A DNA stretch of 64,000 nucleotides from Epiperipatus broadwayi (GCA_028023455.1 JAQFVV010000002.1:33356001-33420000); one strand, 5' to 3'; numbered from the stretch's first letter, positions 11,800 to 26,200 are shown. Numbers and translations are program-made. Notes: a model not told the origin generated them from the sequence alone.

Positions 11800-13300
11800 C
11801 ATGCAGTACATTCTGTAGACCAGCTACTGCACAATCATTAGCTTACTATAAATCCAGAATTCAAGAAGGTGAAGTTCTTATAATCAATTTACATTAAAAA
11901 TTCTACCGTCAAATTTGTCTCATCGTGATTCCTGATTCGTTGAGCAGCTTAGAAACAGTTCGAATGACCACTGTTATAAAATTCGAAAACAGTGTTGAGG
12001 CAAGTACACATTCTTTTTTGATACCAGTTTTTTTTTTTAAATGCTTTAAATTTTTCTCCTTGCAGTGATAACACTTTCTCTTATTTTATCATATAGAAGT
12101 TGTGTAATATAAATAAGCTTTGGTAGAAAACTAGCTAATTTCAAAGAATGCCGTAGACATGTTCATTCAAACAATGCCACAGAGATTTGTTTGATTAATT
12201 GAGTCAAATGCTTTAACCAAATCAATAAAAGCAATTTATAAATAATCTTTTGTTTCTGATACTTTTCTTGAATTTGCCTGACAACAAAAGCCATGAATCT
12301 CTGATAACCATTCATCAGTGATTGCAACTAATCTACTCAAAGAAATCCTTGAAAATAACGTTACTGGAGTTGTTAATAATGATATTCCTTGATAATTACT
12401 TCAATTTTGTCTCCTCTATTTATTTTTAACTACTCGAACATTACAAACAATTTTAAGATCAGGATATGACACAACTTCATGAATCCGTATATTTCTAAAG
12501 AAATTCCAATATTTTTATGGCAAATAATTTACTACCATATTTCAAGACTTTTTTACCAAGGGCAATTTTAACTTCAATGCTATTTTCGTCCAAATCTAAA
12601 TGAGTTGGATAAAATGAATATGTCATTAAAAGTTGTTATCCCAATTATTATATTATTATTTCTTCTACTTTTTAGAAATATTATTGTCATTTTGCGATAA
12701 CATTTTTCAGGGGTATGTGATGCTTTCAATGTATTAAAAAAGATTTAAAGTGACCCCGATCAACAAATGTCTATCTCCTTTGTTGTTTTAAACTACTATC
12801 CATTTTAAATCTTCTTGTCACTTGTTGAACTTCTGTCTTTATATTATGAAGCTTCTTGTTTTAATTTATTATTCTGCCAGACAGAAAATGCTACCTTAAA
12901 TAGATTCATTCTCATTGATGAAAAATCTAATTTAGGGTAACTTCCTCAAACGAAGCTAGATTTTATTGAGCAATGCATTTTACTTTTCTCTGTTATATGG
13001 AAAAAATTTGATTTAAAGCCGTATTTCACTTTCCGTTTATGGTTATATTTTCTGTAACAATTTTTGTTTATATTAGCTCCAAAACACTCCAGATATAATA
13101 ACATTACACAATAGCTCGACCTGTGTTACCCACAAATGTCCAAATGCTCTTGATTTTGTATATTTGATTTGATAGTTTTGCAATTAATAAAATTTGATGT
13201 GTTGTAATCAGGGAATCTTGGTCTACTATAAGAACTCTTTGGATGCTGAAAATAATTTGATGCAGTGTCTGATACTGAAATAGATTCAACATAGCACATA
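11800..13300 (-). mobile_element. Decayed RTE-type LINE, endonuclease-RT region
   Basis: Minus-strand translation includes MAFVVRQIQEKY and AFIDLVKAFDSIN (the RT FIDxxKAFDS motif). Confidence 0.7.
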
Positions 13301-13594
13301 GTGTCGTTTTTAAAGATAAATACTTTTTCAGGTTTGATGAATGAAAGTCAGTTCTTTTTTAAAAACTTATTGATTTTCAGAAATATATAATTGATAATAA
13401 TTCCTGCAGAGTTATCGCCACAAATATACGAAGCAGATTATTGATTTAATCATCCATTTCTCCTAAGCTTGTTAACAAATACCAAAGCATCATAATTTGC
13501 TGAAGATAAATACATATATTTAATTTTTTTAAAAGATGACCACTTGGTGGCAGTTGATATTTGTTTCTTTGTACTTTATGAGCTATATTTAAAC

Positions 13595-14017
13595 CACCCA
13601 CTCTATACGCTATATTTCAATAACACTCTGTGAAAAATATCAAGTCTGAACTTCAAACAGCCAAATGCAAGAGAATATTTTTTTGAGTCTTGTGCAGTAG
13701 TGTTGCTACATATTGAAATTCAGACCTATTCAAATGAGCATAAAATTAAATTAGCAACGATCTTAAATTGCTAGTAAACATGTTTGTTTAATTTATATAA
13801 AGAAAGACTACAGCAGTAGTCCTTTTAAACTTCGCTAACTTTCAACATAATATATAAAAAAATATTTCAATGCATATTGCCTGCTGAAAATTAAATAAAA
13901 AATATTTAAATCACCATCCAAACATTATGATATTTCTTTTTGAATTTGGCTGTCTGAGGTTCAGACTTGATATTTTTCACAGAGGATGTTGCTGAAATAT
14001 AACATTTGGGGTGAGTG
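13595..14017. mobile_element. MITE-like element with ~80-bp imperfect terminal inverted repeats
   Basis: CTCTGTGAAAAATATCAAGTCTGAAC (~13627) is the reverse complement of GTTCAGACTTGATATTTTTCACAGAG (~13960-13985). Imperfect pairing extends on both sides. Confidence 0.65.
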
Positions 14018-15185
14018 ATATAAATATTTTTAATTTAATTTTCAGCTAGCGGTATGCACTGGAATATTTTTTTACGAGTTTTATGTTAAACATTTAGATT
14101 ATTTGCCTCAAGCACACAATTAAACTCCGTTAATCTTGAGAACAAAATTTTAGATCAGCCTAATTACTAAACCATAAAATGGATAAAGGAAAAAATTGAA
14201 GCTTGTGGCCATTTTGTAAAACTAAGATAAAACATTAAAATTTTCTTAACAAAATTGGGTATGAAGGGGTTGAGCAAGATATTAGTTCTTTGGAGAGTAG
14301 GAAGTAACATAGTCTTTTAAAAAAAATAAACATGGCATCCTAGTACGTTAATCCAGAAATTTCTGTAAACTAAGCATATGAGTATAGTTTTGCTTCAGGA
14401 GGTGATACTAAATTTAGAACCAGAGAAACAGTTTTGCCTGCAATAAACCAAATACAACAACATTAAATTGAAGGATAAGAAAATCATCCAGCAGTAGAGA
14501 TTTGCAAAGAAAAAGATCTGATATCCAAAAACTAAATTTTAAGAATGGCATTATTTTTGTAATCCTGAGAATATAACTGGGCACAAAATTATGTCAGTAT
14601 CATTTTTCATTTCCTCCGGGCTTAGCTGGAAAGAAGTAAAATTACTCTTTATGTCAATTTGGATGAGGTTTACTCAATTTTTATAAAATGTGTAATAATG
14701 CTAATTTCAATATTCTGCTCCCAAAGATTGAATTTTGTAAGTAAAATGTAAACACAATAGAAGCTTACAGTAGAAGAATTATAAAAAGTTATGGCAATAG
14801 ATATGATTGGATTTATTATATGCAAAAAAAATCTTCACATAACTTTATACGCTTATGAGTACACCCTTTCACAAGGCATTGAAAGCAAATAGAAACCAGC
14901 TCCCCCTACCTTCAAAACATCTCATGATTACCTGACATTGGTGTAGTGAAAATTTCACTATGGAAATTAAGTGGATAATCCTTAGTCAAATGAATAACTA
15001 ATAAAAATTATTAATATACCATTAAGTACTTTGTGTCAAAGTTGTGAAGGCAGTAAGGTTGACACATCAATTAAACTCTAAGTATAGAGAATTTGAACTC
15101 AGTTTTTCAAGCACCCTTCAACTATCCACACTATCTCATACAACTGATGCACATGACCACACACATGTAGAAAAGATAAATAATC

Positions 15186-15228
15186 ACCAATATATGTATT
15201 TCGTGCTAAACCAGACTCATCAGTTGGT
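15186..15228 (-). ncRNA. Minimal type I hammerhead ribozyme (family B, left arm)
   Basis: The reverse strand reads ACCAA-CTGATGA-GTC-TGGTTTA-GCAC-GAAA-TACATAT-A-TTGGT. Stems II and III are partly decayed. Confidence 0.65.
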
Positions 15229-15643
15229 CCAGATTATCATCTCCCACACATATATATAATCAGTGCTCAGTTTATATTAAGATAGCAAATTTTCATACTT
15301 TAATGGACAGGCTTCAATGAACTCCAACTTTTCAGCCATCCATATCATTGAAAATCTGATGATGAAAACTCAAATCCCATGCTGATGCTAATATTATTAT
15401 ATGTATTTAAATGGATACGGTCCTATACATGAGGGGTCAGAGTGACTTCAGGTCAACATGGTCATGGCAATAATATTAGCATCAGCATGGGATTTGAGTT
15501 TTCATCATCAGATTTTCAATGATATGGATGGCTGAAAAGTTGGAGGTTGGAGTTGATTGAAGTCTGTCCATTAAAGTATAAAGATTTGCTCTTAATTTAA
15601 ACTGAGCACTGATTATATATATGTGTGGGAGATGATAATCTGG

Positions 15644-15687
15644 ACCAACTGATGAGTGCTGGTTTAACATGAAATACGTATATTGGT
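15644..15687 (+). ncRNA. Minimal type I hammerhead ribozyme (family B, right arm)
   Basis: ACCAA-CTGATGA-GTGC-TGGTTTA-ACAT-GAAA-TACGTAT-A-TTGGT. Stem I is ACCAA/TTGGT, stem III is the palindrome ATACGTAT, and the predicted cleavage is after 15682. Confidence 0.75.
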
Positions 15688-17451
15688 GATTATTTATCTT
15701 TTCTACATGTGTGTGGTCATGTGTATCAGTTGTATGAGATGGTGTGGATAGTTGGAAAAGTGCTTGAAAATCTGAGTTCAAATCCTCTATACTTACAATT
15801 AAGCTCCCAGGTTTGTGAAGAGTGCCTGGTTTTCAAATATTTACAATTAAACTCTAATAATTCACTACCTAAAAGATATGTGTAAGAGATCAGAGTCTTG
15901 GACAACTGTACTAGAGTTCAGCGTTAAATGTGCTTCTTGGAGATCATACATCTTTTTCACATGTTTTTGGTCATCCCTCCATAAGGTTTTAAAAGCAGAT
16001 AGAAACCAGTCCTTACCTTGTGTGAGAGTGGTGTAGTAAAAAAATACACTACAGAAATATTTGTCATTAAGTGGATAACCTCTAGTCTAATGAATGACTA
16101 ATAAAAATTATTAATAACCTTCACATGTCTATGGCATTTGCAGATGAACCTACTTAAGAGTTATGAGCAAATTATGACTGATTTGTAAAAGTTTCACGTT
16201 AAACTGTTTGCAAGAGAAATCCTTCGGTATGGTATAATGTTTTGCCTGGGCATTTTACATTGAACTTTTTAATTGGCTAAGGTTTTTTATATGAAGACAT
16301 AATCTCGGCCAGCAGTTGTGTCTCAAGCTGAAGATGACCTGATTTTGGATAATGGTGTTATTTCTGAAGAACATTGTTTAATTCTCAAATCCAATAAACA
16401 TTTGGAATCATATTGTGGTGCTAGTAGAAATGCCGATTTTGACAGTGATCACATGTTTTATATTTTACATTAACAGTTGTCTTTTAATAGTAAGATTGAC
16501 TAATACTAGTAATAATGAATATCTAAAATTACGTATACAGTTACAAAAACCTAAATTGGTTACTTCCTAATTATGCATAAATTCTCTTACTCTGACAGCA
16601 ATTTTTATGTTCCAGTGAAAAGATAACTGGTTCTCTCTAATCTGTCTGTAGCACCCAACTCTGTTTAAATGTTAATGTATTATGTAGGACATAGTTTAGC
16701 TATTGACCACAAATATTTCAAAGTGCTAGCATATCGATCTTGTCAATATGTTTTATAGCTTAATCCATGATAGATCAACATGCTAGCATTAAATTTTGTT
16801 TTAAATTGTATTAAGTCCTGTGTTGCAATAACCTTTTCAAATGCTTTGGAAGATTTCGCGATGACAGGAAGAGCAGTGAAGATGATCTTCAAAGATACAA
16901 CACACTGTTAAATTTCATGTCATAATTCATGATGTGGACATATTGGCATCTTAACATTTTGGGGCTGAGTAGTCAAACCATATCACTACATTAGCATGTA
17001 TTGATTTATGGTTTCGAGAGAAAACTGGTTAGTAATCACCTTTTTATTGGGACATACTATGAATATGATAATCTAATCTTCATTCCTTACATCTCCATAT
17101 TAACTGTAAATGTACATAGGAAGTATTTTAGTGATATTTCTTTGCAGTTTAAGAGATTACATATTGTTGGGCGGACTTTTGATCGAAATGTTAGGCATGA
17201 TGTTTTTGATCATTGATGATTGATTACTTTTTTTAAATGCAAAGACTTATTATAGACTCAGTATTATGATTGGATTTTATCCCATCATGCTGCTATTTTT
17301 ATTAAGATCTATTGGAGTGATATATCTATATTATGTATCTAATTTTAGTCTTGAGCATAATTTTTTTTAAATTTGATTTGTCACTGGTTTTTTTTTTTTT
17401 AATTTCTAGTTAATTGTTATTGCAGTTGTCAAAGTGGACTAAAATTGATTG

Positions 17452-18629
17452 CACCTGGATCTTGTTTTATGCGGATTTTTTAAATGCGATTTTGAAGTTA
17501 TGCGATATATGTTTCTTCTTAATATCTTTTTATGCGGTTTTCTTTTATGTGATAAAGAAGTTCATATTTTATTTAAAATCCTAATTTCCCCATTTTATGT
17601 ACACGCATTAAATTTTAGATACTTTAAATGCCTGTTGGAAAAAGGTTTGGCACTAAATTTAGATAACGTAGAAGATTTAGAAAAAGATAATGAAACAGAA
17701 GTGTAACCTGTTTGTTTCACAGCAAAAATGATTTGAGAAAGTCTTCAACTTTCTAATCAATTGGAAAATCATTTTCTTGTTAATGACATGACTTTTGAAC
17801 TAAATTCCAATGAGAGCTAAATAATTGTATGTTTGTGTTATGTAAGTGTATGTTTATATTTTCTTTTATACACATATATACATGGAGAAACTTTTAGACA
17901 GAAAAAAATTACAAGTAAAAATAGTTAAGAATTTTTAATTTCTACTTAAAAATATTTAACAACTTTTAATTTCTACTTTAAAAAGAATATATCTTTAAAA
18001 GTTTTTAAATATTTTTACTTGTAACTTTTTTTCTGTCTAAAAGTTTCTACATGTATATATGTATATAAAAGAAAATTTAACCATTAGTCATTATTAACAC
18101 TCATGGAAATGCATTCTCTAACAGTTAGACATAACACTCTGGATATCACGAGCTTCATAAACAATTAGTAAAATCATCGTCTCAAAGTTTGTCGACAGAA
18201 AACCATTAACACAGCACGAGGGTGAAGTTGGTGCTAATTGTATTTCCTCTTGTGATGAATCTGATGTCTTACCAGTTCACAAACGAACTGCATATTGTCA
18301 AATAGCGATAATGAATAATAAATTACACATAAAAACATATTGTTTTGAATAAAATTAAATAGTTAATAAAAAAAGTAAAAAAAGTTTTATCTTGTATCAA
18401 TTTTTTTCAAATATTTGAAATTTTTTATTAGTCATACTTTATTTCTTTTCTTTTTTTTTTTATCTGAATTTTAAAGTAATTTTACATTGTTGCTTTGCTT
18501 TTATGCGATTTTTGAAATTGTTTGAACCTATCCCACATTTTTCAAGGTAAGTTAAGTATTTTTGTGCAATTTTTTTTAATGCGGATTTTCTGTGGCATCT
18601 ATCTACCTTATAAAACAAAAATCCAAGTG
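17452..18629 (+). mobile_element. pogo/Tigger-like non-autonomous DNA transposon
   Basis: The TIRs are CACCTGGATCTTGTTTTAT and ATAAAACAAAAATCCAAGTG, followed by TA. Subterminal TTATGCG(G)ATTTT repeats and an acidic ORF remnant are present. Confidence 0.6.
17859..18075. mobile_element. AT-rich MITE-like hairpin nested in the pogo-like element
   Basis: About 60-bp inverted arms: GAAACTTTTAGACAGAAAAAAATTACAAGTAAAAATA versus TATTTTTACTTGTAACTTTTTTTCTGTCTAAAAGTTTC. Confidence 0.7.
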
Positions 18630-19064
18630 TATTTTCATTTGCCTGTTTAAAATTACATAATATTCAGTCTGTGTAATGTCATATATTCAATGCTAGAATT
18701 TGTGTTACGCGTATATTCAATTTATATGATGTCAATGGGTTGATAACTTAGCAAATTATGTAAATATACAAAGCCCATATTTGTGTCTTATTGTAATTAA
18801 ATTAATTTTGGGTTGTTGTTTTTTTACCCTCATAGATCTTTTTTTAAATAAATATAATTTCTTGCTTTATTAGTGATAGTACTTTTGATCTGTTAATACT
18901 TTTTGAAATTTTGCTCTTTATCTAAATTTGATATCATTTAACTTTTGTTTCTGAAGAGGTTACATCTTTTGCCAAAAAACTCTGCTATTACAAATCAATG
19001 CATTGTAATTTTAATATTTTTGTCAAGATATTAGGAATCTTTAACATTATGTACTTATATATAG

Positions 19065-19286
<222 letters not shown>

Positions 19287-21801
19287 TAATAAATTATAAA
19301 TTTAAATTTTATTTCAAGTTTTCATGCTAAATTTAAAAACATATTTTCTCCATGCTTTTTATATATATCTACAGATATATGCTTCATTTTAAAATAAAAT
19401 GTTAAAACATTTTCTTTAAATAGAACTAATTGTTGTATGTTTTGTGTGGGGAGTGCACAAATAGGATTACTCAAACGTAAATTTATTTTTAGTTTTAGTT
19501 TAATTAAATAAGAATCGGCATTGCTAGGCGTAATTTATAGATATAAGATACCACAGGTGTACAGAAAATTATATTTATTTCAAATTAAAACATTTTCTAG
19601 TAGGAGTATAACCAGCTTCAAGGTACACAAAGAAATTAATTAATTTTACTAAATGGTTAAAAGATCTATTCTATTGAGAATAAGATATTCTTTTGTTTTA
19701 CTTTTACTAAAAAAATTTTTTAATGAATTATTTGATATCATATGGCTAAAAGTGTGGTTATTAAGTAAAAGTGTTGCAAACTATTTATTTATCAGGGAAG
19801 TGATTCAGAAACTTATGAATAGAATTAATTAGTAAAATAGAAATTCTAGTATATTTAGAATGACTGGATTAAGTCATTATTGGCAGAACAAATTTTAAAA
19901 AGTTTAATCTGAAATCCTTTTGTTTAAAATCATATATAAACACAGTAAATCATATTGTAAGGGTCTTCACACCAAGTCTTCAAATCTTTTGCCATTAAAA
20001 TCTATGCTGGAGAAAATTCGAAGAGTGGATGACTAAAAACCTAATGTTAGTTCCACTTGACCATCAGGGAAGTACATTCCGAATTCCAGCATGAAGCTGT
20101 TGTCAATGATAATAAGAATGGTACTCACTGGTCATGTCAAAATTGCCTGCTATAGCAATGTGAGACAAATAGAAAATGTCCTATCGATGCTGAAATTTAG
20201 AGCTCCGAAAGAACGTAATGTTAATCAGCACTTAAACTGCCATGGCGTTCTTCCTCTCCAGTTGAATAATAATCAGGGCAGTATTTTATAAATTACAATA
20301 AATACATTTCTAAAAAAAAAAAAATGAATAAAAGAAAAAACGCTTCATAAACCAAAATATGCATGAGAAAACTAGATTAGAAAGATTCTGAAGAACATCT
20401 AAGCTGAGAACACTATCTGCAAAGACCCTACACAAAAACTTGTATTCATAGCTGTGTTTGAATCCTCTGCCTCAGCATGGAAAGTAACTTGATATTCGAA
20501 CTTATATCATGATCTTTGTTCTACTGGTAGAATGTATACATGTATTTTATCCCTATTAATCTAATCTTAAATTTTATATAAATTTGTTTAACCTCGTTTG
20601 ATGCTAGGATATGTTTGTATTTAATTCCTATATTTACGAATATATGTTATCTTCATCTTGTTGATTATTAAGCGAATTATATACAAATACATATTTTTTT
20701 TATAATGGTAAAACTGGCAATCAGTTTAACCTATCTAAAGTTTATTTAAAATGTATAAATTACTTAATTGTTGCCATTAACCTCTACTCAAATGGTTTTT
20801 TTTTTTTTTAAGAATAGTTTTGTATTTTTATATTATTCATTTCTAATGGTAAAAATCAGATTAGTTATATATACATAAACGCAATTAGTCTTTAAGTGTA
20901 TTAAGTAAACTTATAAAATCCATAAAGGATATTAAAAGATTTCCGTTAGTCCTTACAAGTTTAAGCTGTAAAATATATTTATTTAACAATAGCCATTACC
21001 ACATTTACATTTAGTTAATTATTTTTAGGTCTATATATTTTAAGTGTCACTTATACAATAGCAGAATGAGTGTATGTCCTTGTACCAATACTCTTCGGGT
21101 GCATTTAAATGCTGTCTACATGAATTATACATATTAATTATTATTGATCTCATATTAGAGTTGAGGACATGATTCTGCAGATTGTGTGTTAAACTTTCAT
21201 TTGGATGTAGCATGTGATTGCTTGTATGACATAAGAAAATGTCATTTCACTCTTAAGATATGCGAATTTCTAGATTCCGGGCCATTCACTTAATGATTAT
21301 ATAAGCATTTCTTTTTATATTTATCACTATGTTGTGCTTACATTTATATATTATTTTAGCAATCAAATATTTCCTGCTACCCAAGATATTCCCTTCTATG
21401 ATGACCCAAAAACTTTCATACCTTCTCTTATATTTAGTGTTTATTTGCCGGGTAACCCCTTCTTACAACCTAACATTCCAATGAGTTATTTATATTTTAA
21501 TAATATATTTGAAGTCCCCTCTTTTGCCTGTTGCATTAGATCCATAAGGATTTGATTAGGAAGATGCCGTGATTTGTAAATCATTTTGCAATCGTATACA
21601 CATGTAGATGCATTTGAGTTAATTATCTATTACGTTGAATCCCGATCTGGCTGCATTATGAATCTAAATTAGTTATTTATTCAATTATTTCTAGGTATGC
21701 ATCCAGGCATCATTGAAATGTGTGACAAGATTAACATGTCCATGTTGCACACACACAGTGTGCTGTAGAATGTTAGAGTATGTGCTCAATTATAAAATTA
21801 G

Positions 21802-22042
21802 CCTATTCATTCAGTATACTGAATGTTTCTTATATATGTAAGTAGAGAGATTTGAATTTAGGATTTTTCAGTCTATATTCATCCTCCACTCCTTCTCAGA
21901 CCCAACTGATGAGTGCTGATTCTGCACGAAATACGTTTATTGGAGATCGTCTATCTTTTTTTGCATTTATGTGGTCATGTGTTTTGGTTGTTTGAGATGT
22001 AGTGGAGGATGAATAAATCCTAAGTTCAAATCTCTCTACTTA
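21802..22042 (+). mobile_element. Family B hammerhead-bearing element with MITE-like inverted ends
   Basis: The inverted repeat TGTAAGTAGAGAGATTTGAA(T/C)TTAGGATTT occurs at 21837 and ~22015-22044. CAATTATAAAATTAG is directly repeated at 21787-21801 and 22043-22057. Confidence 0.8.
21901..21944 (+). ncRNA. Minimal type I hammerhead ribozyme (family B), sense to YY1 pre-mRNA
   Basis: CCCAA-CTGATGA-GTGC-TGATTCT-GCAC-GAAA-TACGTTT-A-TTGG. Stem II is a perfect 4 bp, stem I is 4 bp, and the stem III palindrome has one mismatch. Confidence 0.75.
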
Positions 22043-22919
22043 CAATTATAAAATTAGTAATATCCAATAAACTGAAATAATAATGTACTCTACGTACTTA
22101 ATTCCTCATCAGGATAAATTTATAAACTGATAAAAGATTTTATATCAATATTCAGATACCCCGTGCTGAAAGTTTGTCAATGCTTGCCTTATCTTTTCAT
22201 TTCAAGTAAATTAGTTCAAACCCCATGTAATGTATAATAATTTAAACTACCTTGGTTCAAACTCCATGTAATGTACTCCTAGTTCTTTTATTTTGGCAGC
22301 AATGTGTTTATTATTTAATTTTTTTTGTTATTGTTATTATTATGTGAATAAATTGAATGTTATTTACTGATCAGTGTATTTATATTTATAATGTAACTTA
22401 GATTCTTATGTATCTCCCTGACCCTCCCTAGTGAGATATAAGAAAAAAGTAGGCGTTTTAATATCAGATGTGGTAGTCATGTAAAGATTATGCTGAAGAT
22501 GTAAGCAATGATGTTGGACTTCGTATTGTTTGTGGTAATGTTGTACATACGTTACACCGCAGACATACGGGTTAATGGTCATTGCCTGACTTTAGGATTA
22601 TTTTGCTAATTATGCGTATTTGACCATTATAATATATTAACCCAAAATTTTATTCTTTTTCTACTAAGCCCTAGGTGTGTTTTATATAAGGTAGGTTATT
22701 ATAAATAGTTTAAATAATTACAATTTCTTTGATTTTAAATCTAATATAAAATATTCTAATGATAACAACAAAAACAATTATAGTCAAGTAATATATTGCT
22801 ATATTTGAAGTTATTTTTTTTCTTAGTATCCTTTTTTAATTTGTATTTTCATATAATGTTGTAAACTTTTAATTCAATAGATAAATTGTTGAATAATTTA
22901 GTAACAGTGATTTCTCATT

Positions 22920-23260
22920 CTAGTTTCATATTTATTATAAGATTTTGGAACTATGTATAAATTTATTTTTCTAAGACACATTTCAAATTGTTTTATGCGA
23001 GGATTTTTGAAAGTTTTTATTGTTTTTTTTTTTTTTTCATTATTTGTACTCTCTGCTTGTAGGCATTTACATTCAATTAACATGGGCCTAATATTCTCTA
23101 TGTCTTCCTTACATAACTTGCAGACTAAATTACCCATATTTTTCCATTTATGTGTACATTCCCTTGTAGCTAACGATCCTGTTCGAGCCTTAAACAGTAA
23201 CCTACTTTCCTTGCCATTGTCATAAATTAATTCACACCCAATATTGTTTACTTCTATATA
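22920..23260 (-). mobile_element. Non-LTR retrotransposon C-terminal zinc-knuckle fragment
   Basis: The minus strand translates to SRLLFKARTGSLATRECTHKWKNMGNLVCKLCKEDIENIRPMLIECKCLQ, resembling the LFxARxG...CxxC...H...C motif found downstream of RT. Confidence 0.65.
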
Positions 23261-26200
23261 TGTTTAAATTCTTTTTATTCTTCATACTATTTCTCTATCT
23301 CCAAGTTACTATTATTTATTAATGCATCTATCCCATTCCTTGTGCTGTAAAGAAAAAAAAAAAACTGCCCTCTTGTGACTTATTTAAAACAAACGAAAAT
23401 TCTAAGAACAATTGTTAACTGCGTTTTATGAAATTATTAAACAATTTTCATACTTTTCCCCGCCCTCTGTTCCATATCTTTCAAACTAGTTGACATACTT
23501 AAAAGGTGAATGTTTCAAATGGATTAGGGTGATATAACTTAGTTATATATCAATTTTCAAGTGATTTTATTGAATTTAAATATATTAAACCTTTTAAAAT
23601 TTTTTTCTAACTTGAAAAAGATCAAACAAACTGATTTTCCAAAATCAGTAAAAGCATTTAACACTGAATTTTTTATTTGGAATAGTTATTTCCATATTAA
23701 AATTGAATACTCTTTGTTCAATCATGTACTATTGGTCTATATGGTTTTAGTGCAGTGATAGAGTATCAGAGTGTGGATGAAGGTCCTCAGATCAATTCAA
23801 ATTTTGGCACTTCCAACATTCCAAACTCTTATGAACTCGCAAGAAGCAATGAAGTCATTCAGTAATTTATTCAATTTTAATTTAATCCTATACTTATTGG
23901 TGAAATATTTCCCGGGTTTTTATGAAATAATTGAAGCAGATGATAATTTAAAAAGTCATTCATTTTTAAATTATAAAGTAATTTCTATACAAATCTTTAT
24001 TAATGAAAAGTTGAGGTCTTATAAAACTGAAGGTCTTGTGCTAAGAAGTGTGTAAAGATACTGAAAACTTTTTTTTTAATGTAGTATAAGCTGTTTCAAT
24101 TTGCTAACATATGTATCACATTGTGTAGAAAAAACTGGAGAATATAAGCAATGTAATGTTTTTCTCGTTTAATATTTTGGATATGGTTGCATTTTCAGTC
24201 AAGGGCTTTAAATTATTAATTTTCTCAAAATTAATAACTTTATCTCCCCCTTTTTTTTTTTTTGATCATTTTTAATTGAGCTTGTCAGAAACTTTAATGA
24301 TATTCAAAATTACAAATTATTGGCTTAGGACTATTATTGTTAAATTGTGCATTATTTTTGGTGGTCATAAAAAATTTTTTAGATAGTAAAAAATATTTTT
24401 TCTTATGAGAGTTATGAGTATATATATATTCTTTTGAGGAATTTTATTTTTCATCTAGATTTTTTTAAAATTTTTTTTATAAATTAATGTTTTTTTCATA
24501 ATCATTTCTAAGCTTCTCAATCTCCCAGTGTGTTTTAACTATTTTTCCTTTTATCAGTCCATTATAATGTGTATGTTTATTCAAATCCTTACAGTTTTTT
24601 TTCATTTTTTCATCAATTATAGCATCTAATATATCATTCATTCTTATTTTGTAATATTTTTTATATATATTCCATTTCTTTTTTTTTTTGAATTAAAGAT
24701 GATTTCTTTCATGATATGCTGGCACTTAAAAAAATTTTGTGGTGAATAACTAAACTTCATATCACTACATAACACAAGCGTTGATTTAAAGATGGCATTG
24801 CAGACAGCTTGGAAAGATCCAGTCATCATTTAACTGGGACACACAATGCATATGCCATTGTTCTATAAAATTACAAATCTCATCTCTAAGGTATTTTTCA
24901 ATTTTGTTTACAAACCTTTACTTTGTATGCTGTTAATAAGTTTATCCAAATTCCATGTAATTTACATATTGGAGTTCGTATTTCTTGTTGATTTTCAAAT
25001 TAAAGTTTATGTTGGCAATTAATGAACGGTATCTGAATTAATATTGGCTTCAGAGTAACTTTTGACACTTGTAAATTTTTATATCTCTGATTTGATTTCT
25101 ATTGATGAGTTTTGAATGTCATTTTAATTTCAGTGGATATAACTTTTATGAAGAGAATTTGAACCAGGTATATCATGTTTTCTCTTAAAATCTATTTCTA
25201 AATCCTCTCTATTGCTTTTGTCTCTCAAATTTTAACTAAATCACAGTCTGATCTAGCGATTCCAAAACTAAGTTCATGAAATGTTGAGTGAATAATTATG
25301 AAAATTAATATAAGCCTCATAAAATTTTCAATGCTGTGCCAAATTGAAACATCTTTGACCATGTTCAAAACACACGGTGAGGCAATCTGCATGTGCCAAA
25401 GCTGACTATGATCATCAATAATCTTTCAGAGCAAGCAGACATCATCTTTGCTAGCTAAACATATTGTATTATTTTGATTAAATATGTAACTTTATTATTA
25501 TTATAAGCCTTCATTGGCACTTTTGACTGTTATTCTCATAGATTTGAATTCATTCATGTAAATTTTGTGACTGGACATTTTTTAGTATTATGATAATTTT
25601 TCTTTTATAATAATTATAAATTATTTCTTATTGTAATTATATTTATCATTTATTTCAGCAATACAGTTTTCAATTATTTTACGTTTGATTTTTATATATT
25701 ACTATCTTATTTATTTTGCAATCTTCAATTTTTATTATTAAACAGTTTATCCAATCATTTTTATTACAATGGCTTTTACATTATTGACATTTTTTAGTAT
25801 TTTTCTTTTACATTTACTCGGGTGTGTTGCAGTCTTTTTTTGTAATACAGTTGTTGTTTTTTTGTTTCTATTACACTCCTAAATAATATTACAAATTAAA
25901 TGTTATGCAAAAATTACCCATGAATTCTTGATTGAAGAGAGGAGTATTAAAACGAGTGACAAGTACTTCGATTGAAGCAAAAACTATGATTTCTAAATTT
26001 AATATTAAAAAGTAATTAGTTATTTAAGAGCATACCAAAAAGAAAATATGGTGTAATTATTTAAACTGGGGATTTACGTACATTGGCAATATAGGTACTC
26101 TTGATGCAGTGTGTTTTATATAAAAAATGCTAGCAAACAGATCAATGGCTGTGAATAAATTTTGTAGGCGTTTAGAAATGAAATACACTGATTTAAGAGG

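Larger units (their letters stand above)
15080..15794. mobile_element. Family B hammerhead-bearing repeat, ~320-bp-arm fold-back
   Basis: Arms ~15080-15400 and ~15468-15794 are reverse complements. CAATTAAACTCTAA is directly repeated at 15068-15081 and 15844-15857. Confidence 0.85.

Noticed and set aside
19990-20330. GC-richer segment with Cys/His residues as a piggyBac C-terminus or extra exon
   Set aside because: No convincing motif, TIR or splice-site pair.
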